A stretch of 64,000 nt of DNA, from positions 5,837,183 to 5,901,182 of the forward strand of contig CM119269.1 of assembly GCA_051294375.1 (NCBI GenBank). The letters are read 5' to 3'. Both the position numbers and the translations under genes were made by a program. The notes under the pieces are model-generated. The model did not search any database. It saw only the letters and a list, made by a program, of their open reading frames with translations, and was not told the DNA's origin. Origin of the DNA: Paraspadella gotoi. Its lineage: Eukaryota; Animalia; Chaetognatha. Below are positions 1 to 12,300 of this stretch, piece by piece. Numbering within the stretch: the first letter of the stretch is position 1; each line of letters begins with the position of its first letter.

Positions 1-1015
1 CTTTTTCTTCTCGTTTCAAGCCTCGTTCTTCACGACCGTATGCACATTTCGGAGCCTCCCTTCCCCCCCCCCTTAAAAAGCAGCTCTTTTTTTTTCAAGG
101 ACGCCCCCCTCAGGGAGTGCGAGGGGGAAAGTAGCCCTCTGGCAGTGGTGAAACCTCACACGCAGCAAACCCTCGCGCGTCATCGAGGTGTGGAGAAGTC
201 TCCTCATCCTTCATCTCATTTTTTTTTTATTTTTCACGATTCATTTGCATCCGCAATTTATGCGCCTCATTTTCGCTGGCGCCGGGTTGACCTTTGACAT
301 CCGGGAGAGTCTGACCTTCGGGGTTTGACCCTGAAAACTTTTTTGTGTTTGGGTTGGAGAGCGAAGGGGGGGGGGCGGAAACTTATTAGGAGGCCGAGAG
401 AGAAAACGCTTTTTCTTTTTCGGGGGAAAAAATAATTTATGGGAAAGTCGACGTCATTTTTTTCCCCCGAAAAGGCAAAGTTATTGTAAACTTTGTCGGG
501 GCTAATTCGTGGCGTAATTTTGTATTACTTTTTACTTTTTTTAGGTTGTAAACATTTTTTTACATTTATTAATGACATTATATTATTTGTTTGGCTTCCA
601 TTTTTCTATGTTTTGCATTTTAATTTTAAGTGAAGATTCTGTAGAACAATTTTTAAACTAACAGGAAGAGAAAATTAATTAAAAGATGCGGAAATTTTTT
701 CTGTCGCCCTTTGACAAAAATTTGAAGGAAAAACGGAAAAAAAAAATGTTTTACGATGTCGAGCATCGAAAAAGTAATTAAGGAATATTAATGTAGGCAA
801 CGAATACCTTAATCTACAACGACATCGTAAGGATCGTTAAAATTTTCTTAAACAGAACGTTGTAGTTAAGATATAACTAACATTTAACTAAACGTAGAGA
901 GAGAGATGGGTCATGAGAAGAAAGAAGTCAGAACCGAGCTCAATGTTTGTAGATTGCCGTGACGGAGGATCTTTTCTTCTCCCTCTCTCTCTCTCTTTCT
1001 CTCTCTCTCTCGCCA

Positions 1016-1199
1016 TCTGGTACCAAGGCCGCTTGACCCTCAAGGACTTTGGTTATTACTATGCAATTCACAGAACTTCGTCAAGACGAAAACATTTCTT
1101 CTCTCTCTTTTCTTTTGCTCTCTTTTTTCATTCAATCTCTCTCTCTTTCTCTCTCCCTTCTATTTTTGTTTAATCTCTCTCTCTCTCTCTCTCTCTTTC

Positions 1200-1237
<38 letters not shown>

Positions 1238-1421
1238 ACTCTCTCTCTCTCTCTCTCCTTACAATTTTTGTAAACGTCTGTAACAATAGTCAATCCTCCC
1301 AAATCTCTCCCTCTCTCCCTCTCTCTCCCTCTCTCCCTCTCTTTCTGGATCCAAGACGGTTTTGTCCCTGAGGGACATTCATTTGGACTATGCAATTCAC
1401 AAGGCTTTGTGTGAAGCTGAG
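1016..1421. other. Two diverged ~80-nt elements (1016-1095, 1344-1421) with hairpin potential and an identical 15-nt core
   Basis: Both start TCTGG(TA/AT)CCAAG, can fold a 5' hairpin and share ACTATGCAATTCACA (1058-1072, 1387-1401); each sits between CT microsatellites. Confidence 0.45.
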
Positions 1422-1696
1422 ATCTTTTTTTTTCTCTCTTTCTTACTTTTTCTCTCTCCCTTTCTCCTTTCCCCCCACTTACTGTCTCTCTATCTTTCTA
1501 CATAACTAAACGAGTTACCACGTCTCCCCTCGGCTCTCCCTTTTCTTTTCTTTCTCTTTCTTCTCTATATACCGTCCCATTTCGCAGTTAGCCTATTTTT
1601 TATTGCCAGAATTTTTTTTTGGGCCTCGTTTTTTGAGTCTTCGAGATGATTTTTGTGATAAACTCGAGAACTTGAGGCAAAAATTTTAAGATATCG

Positions 1697-1738
1697 ATCA
1701 TCATCATCATGGTCATCGTCATCATCTTCATCATGATG

Positions 1739-1796
<58 letters not shown>
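1697..1796. repeat. (CAT)n trinucleotide microsatellite
   Basis: Near-perfect CAT run seen directly. Confidence 0.95.
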
Positions 1797-2744
1797 CACA
1801 CACCGAACAATCTCACCTACCAGCTTCATCGATCACTTTAGCCGTCACCTCGTTTATCACAATCGCTTATCACCTTTATTGAACGCGATTTTCCTCTCAC
1901 CCGCTTTTTTTTTTATCATCAGCGTCATCTATCAGCGTTCACCGAAATCTGGCGGCGGAATAGAAAAACGACGGGAGTCTTCGAAGCAAGCAAAGGACGC
2001 AAGCAAAAGTGGACGTAGAACGAAGGAGGCAAGCAACGAAAACGAGAGAAAAGACGACGACGATCGAATTTTGGAAAAATTAGTCTCGGCCAATCAAAAT
2101 AGCTCGAACAAGCAATTAGTCGAAAATTCGATCGTCTTCTCCGAGAGATTGGGCAAGCATCCGAGTCCGTTCGTCCGTCTGATGTCCGGAGAGATTTCAT
2201 TCAAATTGTGATATACATATCTCGATCGCTATCCACTTTTCGCTTCGCTAATGGCCGCGCGAGAAATAAGAGAAGAAAAAGCAAATCCGACCAAAAAGGC
2301 GGAATGAGAAATGAGAAAAGACGAGCGGACAGCGTGAATCTATTTTTGAGCTCGAAGACGTCGCGTCGTGAATCTTATACGTTAGGAGTTAGGTATCATT
2401 GTATCATTGTATATCATTGTATCATTGTATATTGTAAAAAGAAATTCTACCGTTAACTTTTAGGTTTTGTCGTGTTTTCCCGAAGCACGATTAAATTCTG
2501 GAAAAGTTTTGAGTACGAACGTTTGAAATAATGATGTAAAGCAATTTGACAGTTAAGTCAATTTAACAGTTAAGTTAATTTGAAAGTAAAGCAATTTGAC
2601 AGTTAAGTCAAAAGTAAGGCATCGTGAGATGTTGAACGAAAGTTTTTACAACTGACGTTTCCTTTTTCGATCGTTGCCAAAAAAAAATTGTTCTCAAGGA
2701 TCCTTTTCTTCTCATGTCCTACTTTCGACGCTAATGTCTTCTCT

Positions 2745-2839
<95 letters not shown>

Positions 2840-3567
2840 ATGGAAAACCGGTCGCCGTCATCAATGACCCCCGCGTCATGTGACCTTTCGGGGTCATTTG
2901 ACCTCAAATTCAGTTTAAGGCTCAGACTCCAGAAAAAGTTGCTCTAACAAATGACGTTGGATCTTTTTAAGGTGATGGTCCGGAATTGGGCTCGACGATG
3001 GCGGACGGAATGTGTTGCTCGGCCAAACACTTTTCTTTAATACATAAACCGGGACGTTAAAGCCGAAAGTAAAAAGTAGACAAATATCGAATTAGGGACT
3101 CGCGTTAAGAATTAATATAGATTCTATAATAAATGTTTAAATCCATTTTCACCCATAAGACAATAGAAAAGACATAAGATATATAAATAGAGAAGTTAAA
3201 AAACATTCTAAAAGACCGACATAAGAAAAACGTAGCAATTATTGAATTTATTTTAATATTAATTATAATAATTAATCTATCATCGAAAATCTTATTCGAC
3301 TGACAAATCAAACTGATTCGTCGTATCAATTCACTGCGAAAGTCCTTCAAAATCTTAATCTTTCAAAATCAGTCGCGGAGATAAAAAAAAAAATGCTAAA
3401 GTTCTTTCGCTCTCCTCCCTCGGGTTTTTTTTATTTAAAAATCGAAGTTCCTGTTTTTTTCAAATGTGTTGCGTCAATAAACATGAAAACAATGTGTTCT
3501 TTTGCAAACCAAAATGATGTCATGTTAATTTTCATCATAAATTCGTAATAGTATAAAAAGATAAACT

Positions 3568-4145
3568 ATGGAATCAGAGAATGAACCCAGGGATTCGTTG
3601 CTACAATTTACAGGTACACGTTTGTTTTTGTTTTTTGTTTTTTTTATTCGATTGTGATTCGTTACGATAAGTCAACAGTAAAAAAAAAGCTAAAAAAGCT
3701 ATATTGATAAATGTCAGAAAGAATTAACGGGCGTTCTTTTACGAAACTTTTTGTCACCTCGAGTTTTTAAAAAACCTGACATACGTACATTATAAAGAAT
3801 AAAATATTTTTCAAATTTAATTCATTAAACTAAAAAAAGATACTTTCGAAGCAAAAATATATAAAAAAATTATGACAGACAGTTATTTAATTTTTAATTA
3901 AACATATTTAAAAATGTCTCAATCCGTTGCTCAATCAAACAAAAACCACTCCACAGGGCTCTTTCTGGAGCACCACATTTTCCTCCTCCTCCCTCCTCCT
4001 CTCTTCTTCTCCTCCTCCTCCTCCTCCTACTCCTTGTCCTCCTTCGCTTCACTTCACCTCAATTCGATTTCACAGCAAAGTCTCGCTGATTAATTGATGT
4101 CGCGATTCAAATGCTTAAACGTGTTAAATTCAAACCAAAAGAGTT

Positions 4146-4231
<86 letters not shown>

Positions 4232-6268
4232 AGAAAGAGAGAGAGAGAGAGTGTGGTGAGAGAGTCCATAGTACCTAAAATAAAGATTGATCGATGTACT
4301 AAAAGAGACGAATTTTATTTCTAAAAATTGACAAGAGTGCTTGTCAACCCTGCTTGCCAACCTACTTCCCCCCCCCCAAGCTCGCTCGAATCTCCCTTCA
4401 TTTTTCTCTCCCCGTTTCTTTTCTTTTCTTTCCCCCGACCTCCAATCCAACTCACATTTTTCTTCCCGCTTTTTTTTTCTTTCTTTCGCCGCGAAAATTT
4501 GAAATTAAAAGGATTATCTTCTTTTTTTTTCTCTCTCTCTCTTTTCTCTTTTCTTTTCCGAGTCTTTTGAGAGAAAAGGAAAGGAAAAAAAAACCCGAAA
4601 AGGGTGGTGAGACACGTCGCGAATTATGGAGGAAAGGAAAGGTAAGACGAATGACGATTGGCGGAAAAAGGAAGGACGAGACGAAGAATACTTAAAAAAA
4701 AGGGAGGAAGGGAGGAAAGGAGAGAGGAAAAAAGAGAGGAAATGGAGGGACGTGAGTAGGAGAAAAGAGAGTGTGTAAAAAGGGGGAGGAAGACGAAAAA
4801 AGGAACGAAAAAAAGGAGAGAGAAGTGAAATGAAAAAAAGGGAGGAAAGGAAAAAAGGGAGGAAAGGAAAGTTGGTTAAAAGATAAGGCCTATCAGGTGA
4901 AAAGGGAGGAAGAACGAAAAGAAGGAAAGAAGGAGGAAGGTTAGTTAGGGAGAGAGGGGAGGAAAGGATGAGGATAGGAAGGATAGAAAAGGCGAAAGAG
5001 AGAGGATAGCAGTGACGTGTATTTTCATTTGATGACATGACATGACTAAAAAACTTTTTTGCCCGTGTATTTATGACATTCACTGCATCAAAATTATGTT
5101 TTTTATTCTTTAGTTTTGGGAATTCCTGAAGGCGGCGCTTGCAGTCTCTTAGATTTGAGGTTGTTTGTGTATAAACAAATGTTCAACCAAATATAGGCAA
5201 ATTATATGCATTTTCAATGTTAGTGGGGCAGTCCGACGGACAGACATACTGAGGGACCGACCAACCGACCGACCGACAGACAGACCGAAAAGTGAGAGCT
5301 GCTTCGCGATTCCTCGCGGCTCAACTAAGAGCGTGAGATAAGAAAAATCACGGAGCGTTGAGAAAGACTATCTTCGGTGGAAGAGATGACAGAGGTTAAT
5401 AGCCTCTCGTTACTGAAAAGAAAGTATGGAACCAGCTATGGGTAAGAAAATAGGTTGAATAGTGGTAATATTTATATTTTTATCTTTATATAAATAGACA
5501 TTTCTTAACCTTTTGAATGGCGCGTAAGGTTATATTTTAATAATTTATAATTCATAATGATGAAATTTAGGATCGAGATTTCAAAAAGACCAAGTTATAA
5601 AAAAATATATTTCGATTTTTTTTTTTGCCATTAAAAGTATCAAAAGCGGGAAAGTGCTTTCTCCCTTAGAGCTAGATTTCCACCTGAGAAATCTTTTTAT
5701 TACGCTTTCCTTCCTTCCCTCCCAATTTCTTTCTTTTTCTTTTTTTCTTTTTTGTGCTCGTATATTTTGTTATTTACGTATTCACACTTAACACAATTTC
5801 GAGCTATTCTCGTTTAAATTAACTTACTTTTTGTCGTTTTCTCTTTATTCTCTTATTTTGTTTATGTATTCCTTCTGATTCTCCCTAGATTTTATTTTTT
5901 TTGTTTTGTTTTCTTTTGTTCAGATGTTGAACCAAAACGAGACGCGAATGTCGAAGAGTTCGACGACGACGCCGCCGCCTCCAGTGCTGCGCCAGCCGCT
6001 TCCGACACTGCCGCCGCCGCAGCCGACCCAGCGGTTGCCTCAACAACCGCCGCGGCCTCCGACGACGAAGATGAAGACCAAAAAGATGATGACGTCGACG
6101 AAGAGGAAGACGATAGCGACGAGGCGGCTTCATTGATAGAAGGTGGGCGTGGCCCGTGTCTCTCGCGGAGACCGTAAATAGAGACGCCGCGTCAACTGAT
6201 AAATCGCGCGAAATTCGGGGCAAAGTTCGAATCGCGCGAGACTATGTGAAGCTTTGGCAAGCTAAGCG

Positions 6269-6321
<53 letters not shown>

Positions 6322-9300
6322 CATTCTCTTGTATTGTATTGTTTTTACATAATTTTTCCCCCTATTATCAAAACAAACAAAGTCAACTTTTTGATGATCT
6401 GTAGCCTGTGATAGCGATAGTGATATTGCTGTTATTGTTGTTGTTTTTGTCAGTGATGTGAATTTTGGACAGAAACAGAATGTGAAGCAGAAGGGATTAG
6501 GAAAGAATCTTCTCGAAAGAATCTTGTGAAAGGATCTTCTCTCCTCTTGACTTTCCCCGACTTCTTACTGACAGAAGGACTTCCTTTGCCTTGATAAAAT
6601 CATTCTCCTTCACCCTACAACCCTCAGATCCCGAAAAGACCACACTGGACGCTCTGCTGGGCGTCAAGGAGAACTGTCATCAGGACGACAAGGAACTCCT
6701 GCGCCACCTGCGGCGTCTGCGGCGCGTCTGCGATCGGAAGGAAAGTCTCGAGGCCATGGAGGATTATCACGGCCACGAGATGCTGAGCCGCGCCTGGCAG
6801 CAGGTCCTCTTCAATCCAAACTGGACTCTCTTTCACTGCAGCGTCAACGCGGAAATGGCGGCCATCTTTAAAATCGTGCTGCGGAAGAGTGAAAAGATCA
6901 AATGGATGATGGGTAAGAATGATGATGTAGATTATTATTGATTATTATAATTGTTATTATGATGATTATTAATGTTGAGGTTGTCCACGATGATATATGA
7001 GGCTGTTGGATAAAATTATTCTGAATAGGATTAAAGGAATAAACACAGATTTTCATATACATGCAGACCCTAAAAAACGTCAGCGAAAGTAAAGAGAAAA
7101 AGTTTAAAATTTAAAGTTTAAAGTTTAAAACCGGAAAGAAAACTAAATAAAAAAGTATTCTTATGAACCAAAAATAAATTAAGCAGTTGTTTATAATTCT
7201 TTTAGGAAATAAACTGGAAACGTTACCTTTGACGGAAATTTATCCTTACCTTAAGCCACAGAATCAAAAAATATTCGTCCAAGATATGATTACAGTGATA
7301 AACGAAATTTCGAGCTCTTTTCACGAACTGCCTTCAAAATCCCTTTCCGAGATGTACAAGTGCTTCGTTAGTTTAGCAAAGAGTCAAAATAATTCGAGCT
7401 TAATTTTGGCTCCCATTTTGAACGTGCTGGAAAAACTCTTAGACTTAAAAACTGTAACGAGGGATTTAGATTTAGCAACTGTCCTGTTAGAAATAATGAT
7501 AGACAGTGATTTGGAAAAAAACGTCAACCATTTTGCAATGGCTTGCCAATGCTTTGATAAGCTATCTTTGGAAGAAGACAGATTTCCTAGCAATTCGATT
7601 GATTTCTCGCCGATAAACAATCAATCTAGGGTAAAAAAATGCTTGCAAATTTTACAAATGCCAGATGCGAATGACATTTCAATCAGCTGCGGTTTACTTG
7701 CATTTTTAAAATTATCTGCAGGGTCTCCACCTTTCAACGATAATTTATCCTTAATTTTGACAATTCTCGAAGATGTCAGTAGAATCCATCCGGTCAATGA
7801 GCCCTGCGTCCATTCCGCTCTTTCCTTGTTCAGTACCATCTTGTCAAGACCATCAAAAAATGGGGCTGAGGTTAAAAGTCTTATCGCAGACCCCAAAACC
7901 TGGGCGATTTGGACCTACAAGATTATGAAGGCTAATACGTCCAATGAAAATGTAGCAATAGATGGAGGTAAAGTATTTTGCTATTTAATTCGACATTGGC
8001 ATACCAAAATGCAACCATTGTTTGGTGAAGATGAAGAACAACTGCCCATTCATCAATTAGCTGCTGGTATACTCATGGATTCTGGTATGACCCATATGAA
8101 AAATCCGATGGCTGCTGCGACAGCTGCTGAGTTAGTTTATTGGTTATGTTTGATGGATCCTAAATTTCAGAATCTTTTCATTGAACGAAACATTCATGGA
8201 GTCATTTTTTTCGCTATTGATACAATTAATGAAAATAGAACGAGTCTAATTTACTCGCTCTGTATGGCATTGTTTGCTTTATCAATATTTTCTCAAAAAA
8301 ACAAATTAATTTTATTGAATGCTGGGATACATAGAAAGTTAATAAGTATAGCAAATCAATATGACAGTAATATTAAAATTCTCACAGTCATTATAACAAT
8401 AATAGCTTCTTTTTATGATACATGCCCGGCAGATGAAATTCCAGTACTCTGTAGCTTACAAGGAATAATTTTTAAAAGCGTACATGTCTTTAGAAAGAAT
8501 ACATCATCGTTTGCGATAAAGTTTAAAGAGGCATGTCTTGAATATTATCATGCATTATTCTTAAATGCTTATGGCACTGAAGTTCATTCTAATGATATAT
8601 TCTATATGACTGTATCACTAATTCAGTCAAGTAACTTTGAATTGACTATTTGTAAAAAAGGAATAATTTTACTTCAACAACTTCCGGCATATCTAAAAAT
8701 GCAGGAAAGTCTTTCTGAAGAACTTGTATTGCTACTAATGAAAATCTTCAAAAAGTTCAGCTCTAAATGTTGTTTGTTAAATGAAGCCATTGTCTTATTG
8801 CTGTTATGCACAAATAAATATGAAATATTTAGAGTGATATGTGTAACAAAGGAGATTCATGTAGACTTGTTTAATTGGCTAATAGATGCCAAATACTCAA
8901 TGTTTTATAAAAACATGACTTTAAAATGCCTTAAACTTTTGGTAAGCGATGCAAATTGTTTGGAAAAAATGCTTGAATCCGCAACAAAATCATCTTCTCT
9001 CGATTGTATTCAATGCCTAGTTCTTTTAGAAGCCCCAATAAACAGTAAAGATGATGCATCACCGCTTGTTATTGCCACTGAATTTGGACGAAAAGAAGTG
9101 GTAAAATATCTTTTAAGTAAAGGAGCACAAGATATACCAAGAGCCATTAAGTCAGCCCTAGATAATGAAAGGTTGGAAATTATTCCATACTTGTTACAGT
9201 ATTATAATACCAAGCATCATGTTAACAATTCCATTACATGGGAATCTTTAGGATTAACTTGCATTCAAAAAGAATGGCTTAAAGAACCTTTTGCTAATTT

Positions 9301-12300
9301 TCACCAAGACTTACAAGAAAGTCAGATGGCAAAAAATCTCAAATCTGCTATAGCAAAGTCTGAAAAATTAAGAGAAGTATGTCAAAATAACCTATATCTT
9401 CCTTCTGAAGCTTCACAATCGCCTTTTCAAAATCCATGTTTTAATAAAGATATTCACCAAAGCAGATACTTATTATTACAGAAAGATAATCATAAAAATA
9501 CCATAGAAATAAAGCCCATTTTAAGACAATCTAACAAGCCAATTGAATTAGCTGAATCACGTGCAAATATTTTTCTTCGAAGAGCTAGTTCATTAGTGTT
9601 TGGAACTAATTCACATGTTTCTGAAGAAATTGAAATTAAAAGTGAGGAAGAAAAATATGAGTTTGAAGCAAATGCTTTGTTTATCCAGGACAAGTTTGAT
9701 TTTGAAGAATGGCTGGATATGTCTGTCTCTGGATGTTCATATCCATTTTCAACTATGGATCCAAGATATAAGAATGAAAACCAAAATACAACAACGACAA
9801 AATCAATTCATCCAGGAAAACAATGGCTGATTAAACCCATTTTTAGCAATTTTATGGATATTAATAATACTGAAAATTCTTGCATGCATATGAATTCCTT
9901 CATTCCTTTGGAAACTGATCCTATTAACCAATTTCAATTCCTAAAAAAAGAAACTAGAAGAAAAAGCATGCAATTACCTGGAGAGAAAACTGTGAACACG
10001 TCAAAGGATTTTTTAATTGAAAGAAGATGTTCTATTCAAAAATACTCTTCGCCTCTAAATACTAAGTCAACTTTTAAGAACTTACATTTAACCAAATTCA
10101 AAATTGACCGTTTGAGTGTTTCAATTTTAAATCTTTCACACAATTTTCTGCCAGATATAGATGACTTAACTAGTGGTGACAGAGATTCATTACCTCATGT
10201 AATAAAGAATGTTTTACGTTTAGAACTTTCATCTAATCTTATATCAAGTTTACCAGAGAGCATTAATTTTTTCTCTGAATTACAAGTTTTAGATTTGGAA
10301 AGAAACAACTTTAGAACGTTTCCTGAACCAATTGTAAAATGCTTAAATTTAAAATCTGTTAACTTAGCTTACAATCATCTCGAAGATATTGAAAATTTTA
10401 AAAGCTCATCTATGATTGAAAAACTAGATCTTTCAAATAATCTATTTACAGCATTTCCTTTGGCACTTCCAATCTGTTTTCCAAAATTGGAAAAATTAGA
10501 CTTGTCATACAACAGAATTGAAAATATTTCAAATAATATGTCAGTTTTTATTGATTTGAAGTTATTAAACCTAGATGGTAATCAATTAAAAAACCTCCCT
10601 TTTAACTTCTTTCATATTTTTAAAAGTTTGTCTAACCTTGATTTGAACAAAAATAATTTGACTCATATCGATTGTGAAATTATGGATAGTCCTTCAAGTT
10701 TTCATAATTTTTCATTGTCTGATAATTCTCTTGGTTCTGAATTTCCTGGATTCATTTGTGATTTAACACAACTGCAAAGTTTGAATATCTCTAAAAACAA
10801 TATAGCGAATGTTCCTCCTCCTACAAAATGGAAGACCAACTGTTTACGATATCTAAATATAAGTTCTAATAAAATTGATTATTTGTTCTTGAATGACGCT
10901 AAAAATTGGTCAAAATTAGAAACCTTTATTATAGCACACAATTCGGTAAAAGTTATTCCCCCAGAAATATCTTACTTGACAAATTTACAAAGTTTTGACA
11001 TATCTTATAACCAAATTACTGTTCTACCTGATGAACTGGGAAATTGTCAACAACTCTGGGAGTTGAAAATCAAAGGTTTGGATCTTGATTTAGATCCAAT
11101 AGTTATAAAAAGAGGAACAAAAGCAATAGTAAAAAGTTTATTTGACAGATTGAAGCATTCAGATTTTCACTATAGAGGACGTCTGATATTGGTGGGACCT
11201 GAGAAAAGTGGTAAAACAAAACTAATTCAAAGCATTACTCGAAATAAATGGAATTCACAGCATGAAAACAAAGGCAATGGAGTAAGTATAAAAGATTGGG
11301 CCTTTTACAAAAAAGGAAAAGTTACAGGCCAAACTACTGAGCATGTAATCAGTTGCTGGGACTTTAATGGTAAAGAGCGATATATGCAAACTGTACATTA
11401 CTTTTTTTCTTCAAGGGCGTTATATTTAGTAGTGTTTAATTTGGTCAATGGATTAGAGGAATTAAAAAAGATAATTCCATGGCTTCTCAGCATCAGTATC
11501 AAAGCACCAGGTTCACCGGTAATCTTGGTTGGAACACATGCAGATTTAGTGAATCCAACAAATGATGTCCAAGAATATTTTCAAAATTTCTTAACTAATC
11601 ACTGCCTTTTTAATAGTTTTCCTCCCATAGCTTTTTCAATAGTTATTGACGCAACAAAAGAAAATAAATTTACAGATATTTTAAGAAATAAAATAATAAA
11701 AACATTTGAAAATTATATTGTACATAAACGAGCACTACTTGGGGAAAAAGTACCCAGAGATTATATAATCCTTGACGATATAATGAGAAAAGTGTCTAAG
11801 TCTGGAAAAATAAAGCCACAGTTTCCTGTTCTTCATTTAACCGACATCCAGGAGATCATTAGCGAGAATTTATTTGAATTTGAAATGGATGATTTCAAAG
11901 ATGCAATGAACTATTTGCATTTAATGGGGACAGTTCTTAACTTCAAAGATAGCAAAGCACGCCTTAATGAATATTACTTTGTTGATGCCGAATGGTTATT
12001 TTCATTGGCTGAGGAATTTTTAGCTCTTGCCCAGGACTGCAACGGAATTCTAAATTATGATATTTTTAATTCTAGCAATAACAAAACTGTTTTTTGTAGC
12101 ACTATTTTACCCTCTGAATTTTTTCAACAGTCTTTGAGAATAATGACAAATTTCCAAATCGGTATTCCTTTGAGCCATGAGCAAATTCTTATACCTTCCC
12201 TTTTACCAGAAGAAAGATGTGGTGAATCATTGATAGAGCTGACTATTAATGATAACAAAGCCATAGTGTCAAGGTTCTACTGTATGCCTTATGAGCCTAC

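Noticed and set aside
1050-1400. miR-153 family genes on the minus strand (TTGCATAGT)
   Set aside because: Seed matches, but there is no complementary star arm upstream to form a pre-miRNA with this sequence as the 3p arm.
5906-6136. 76-aa Pro/Thr-rich ORF
   Set aside because: The alternative acidic frame splices in phase with the LRRK2 exons.
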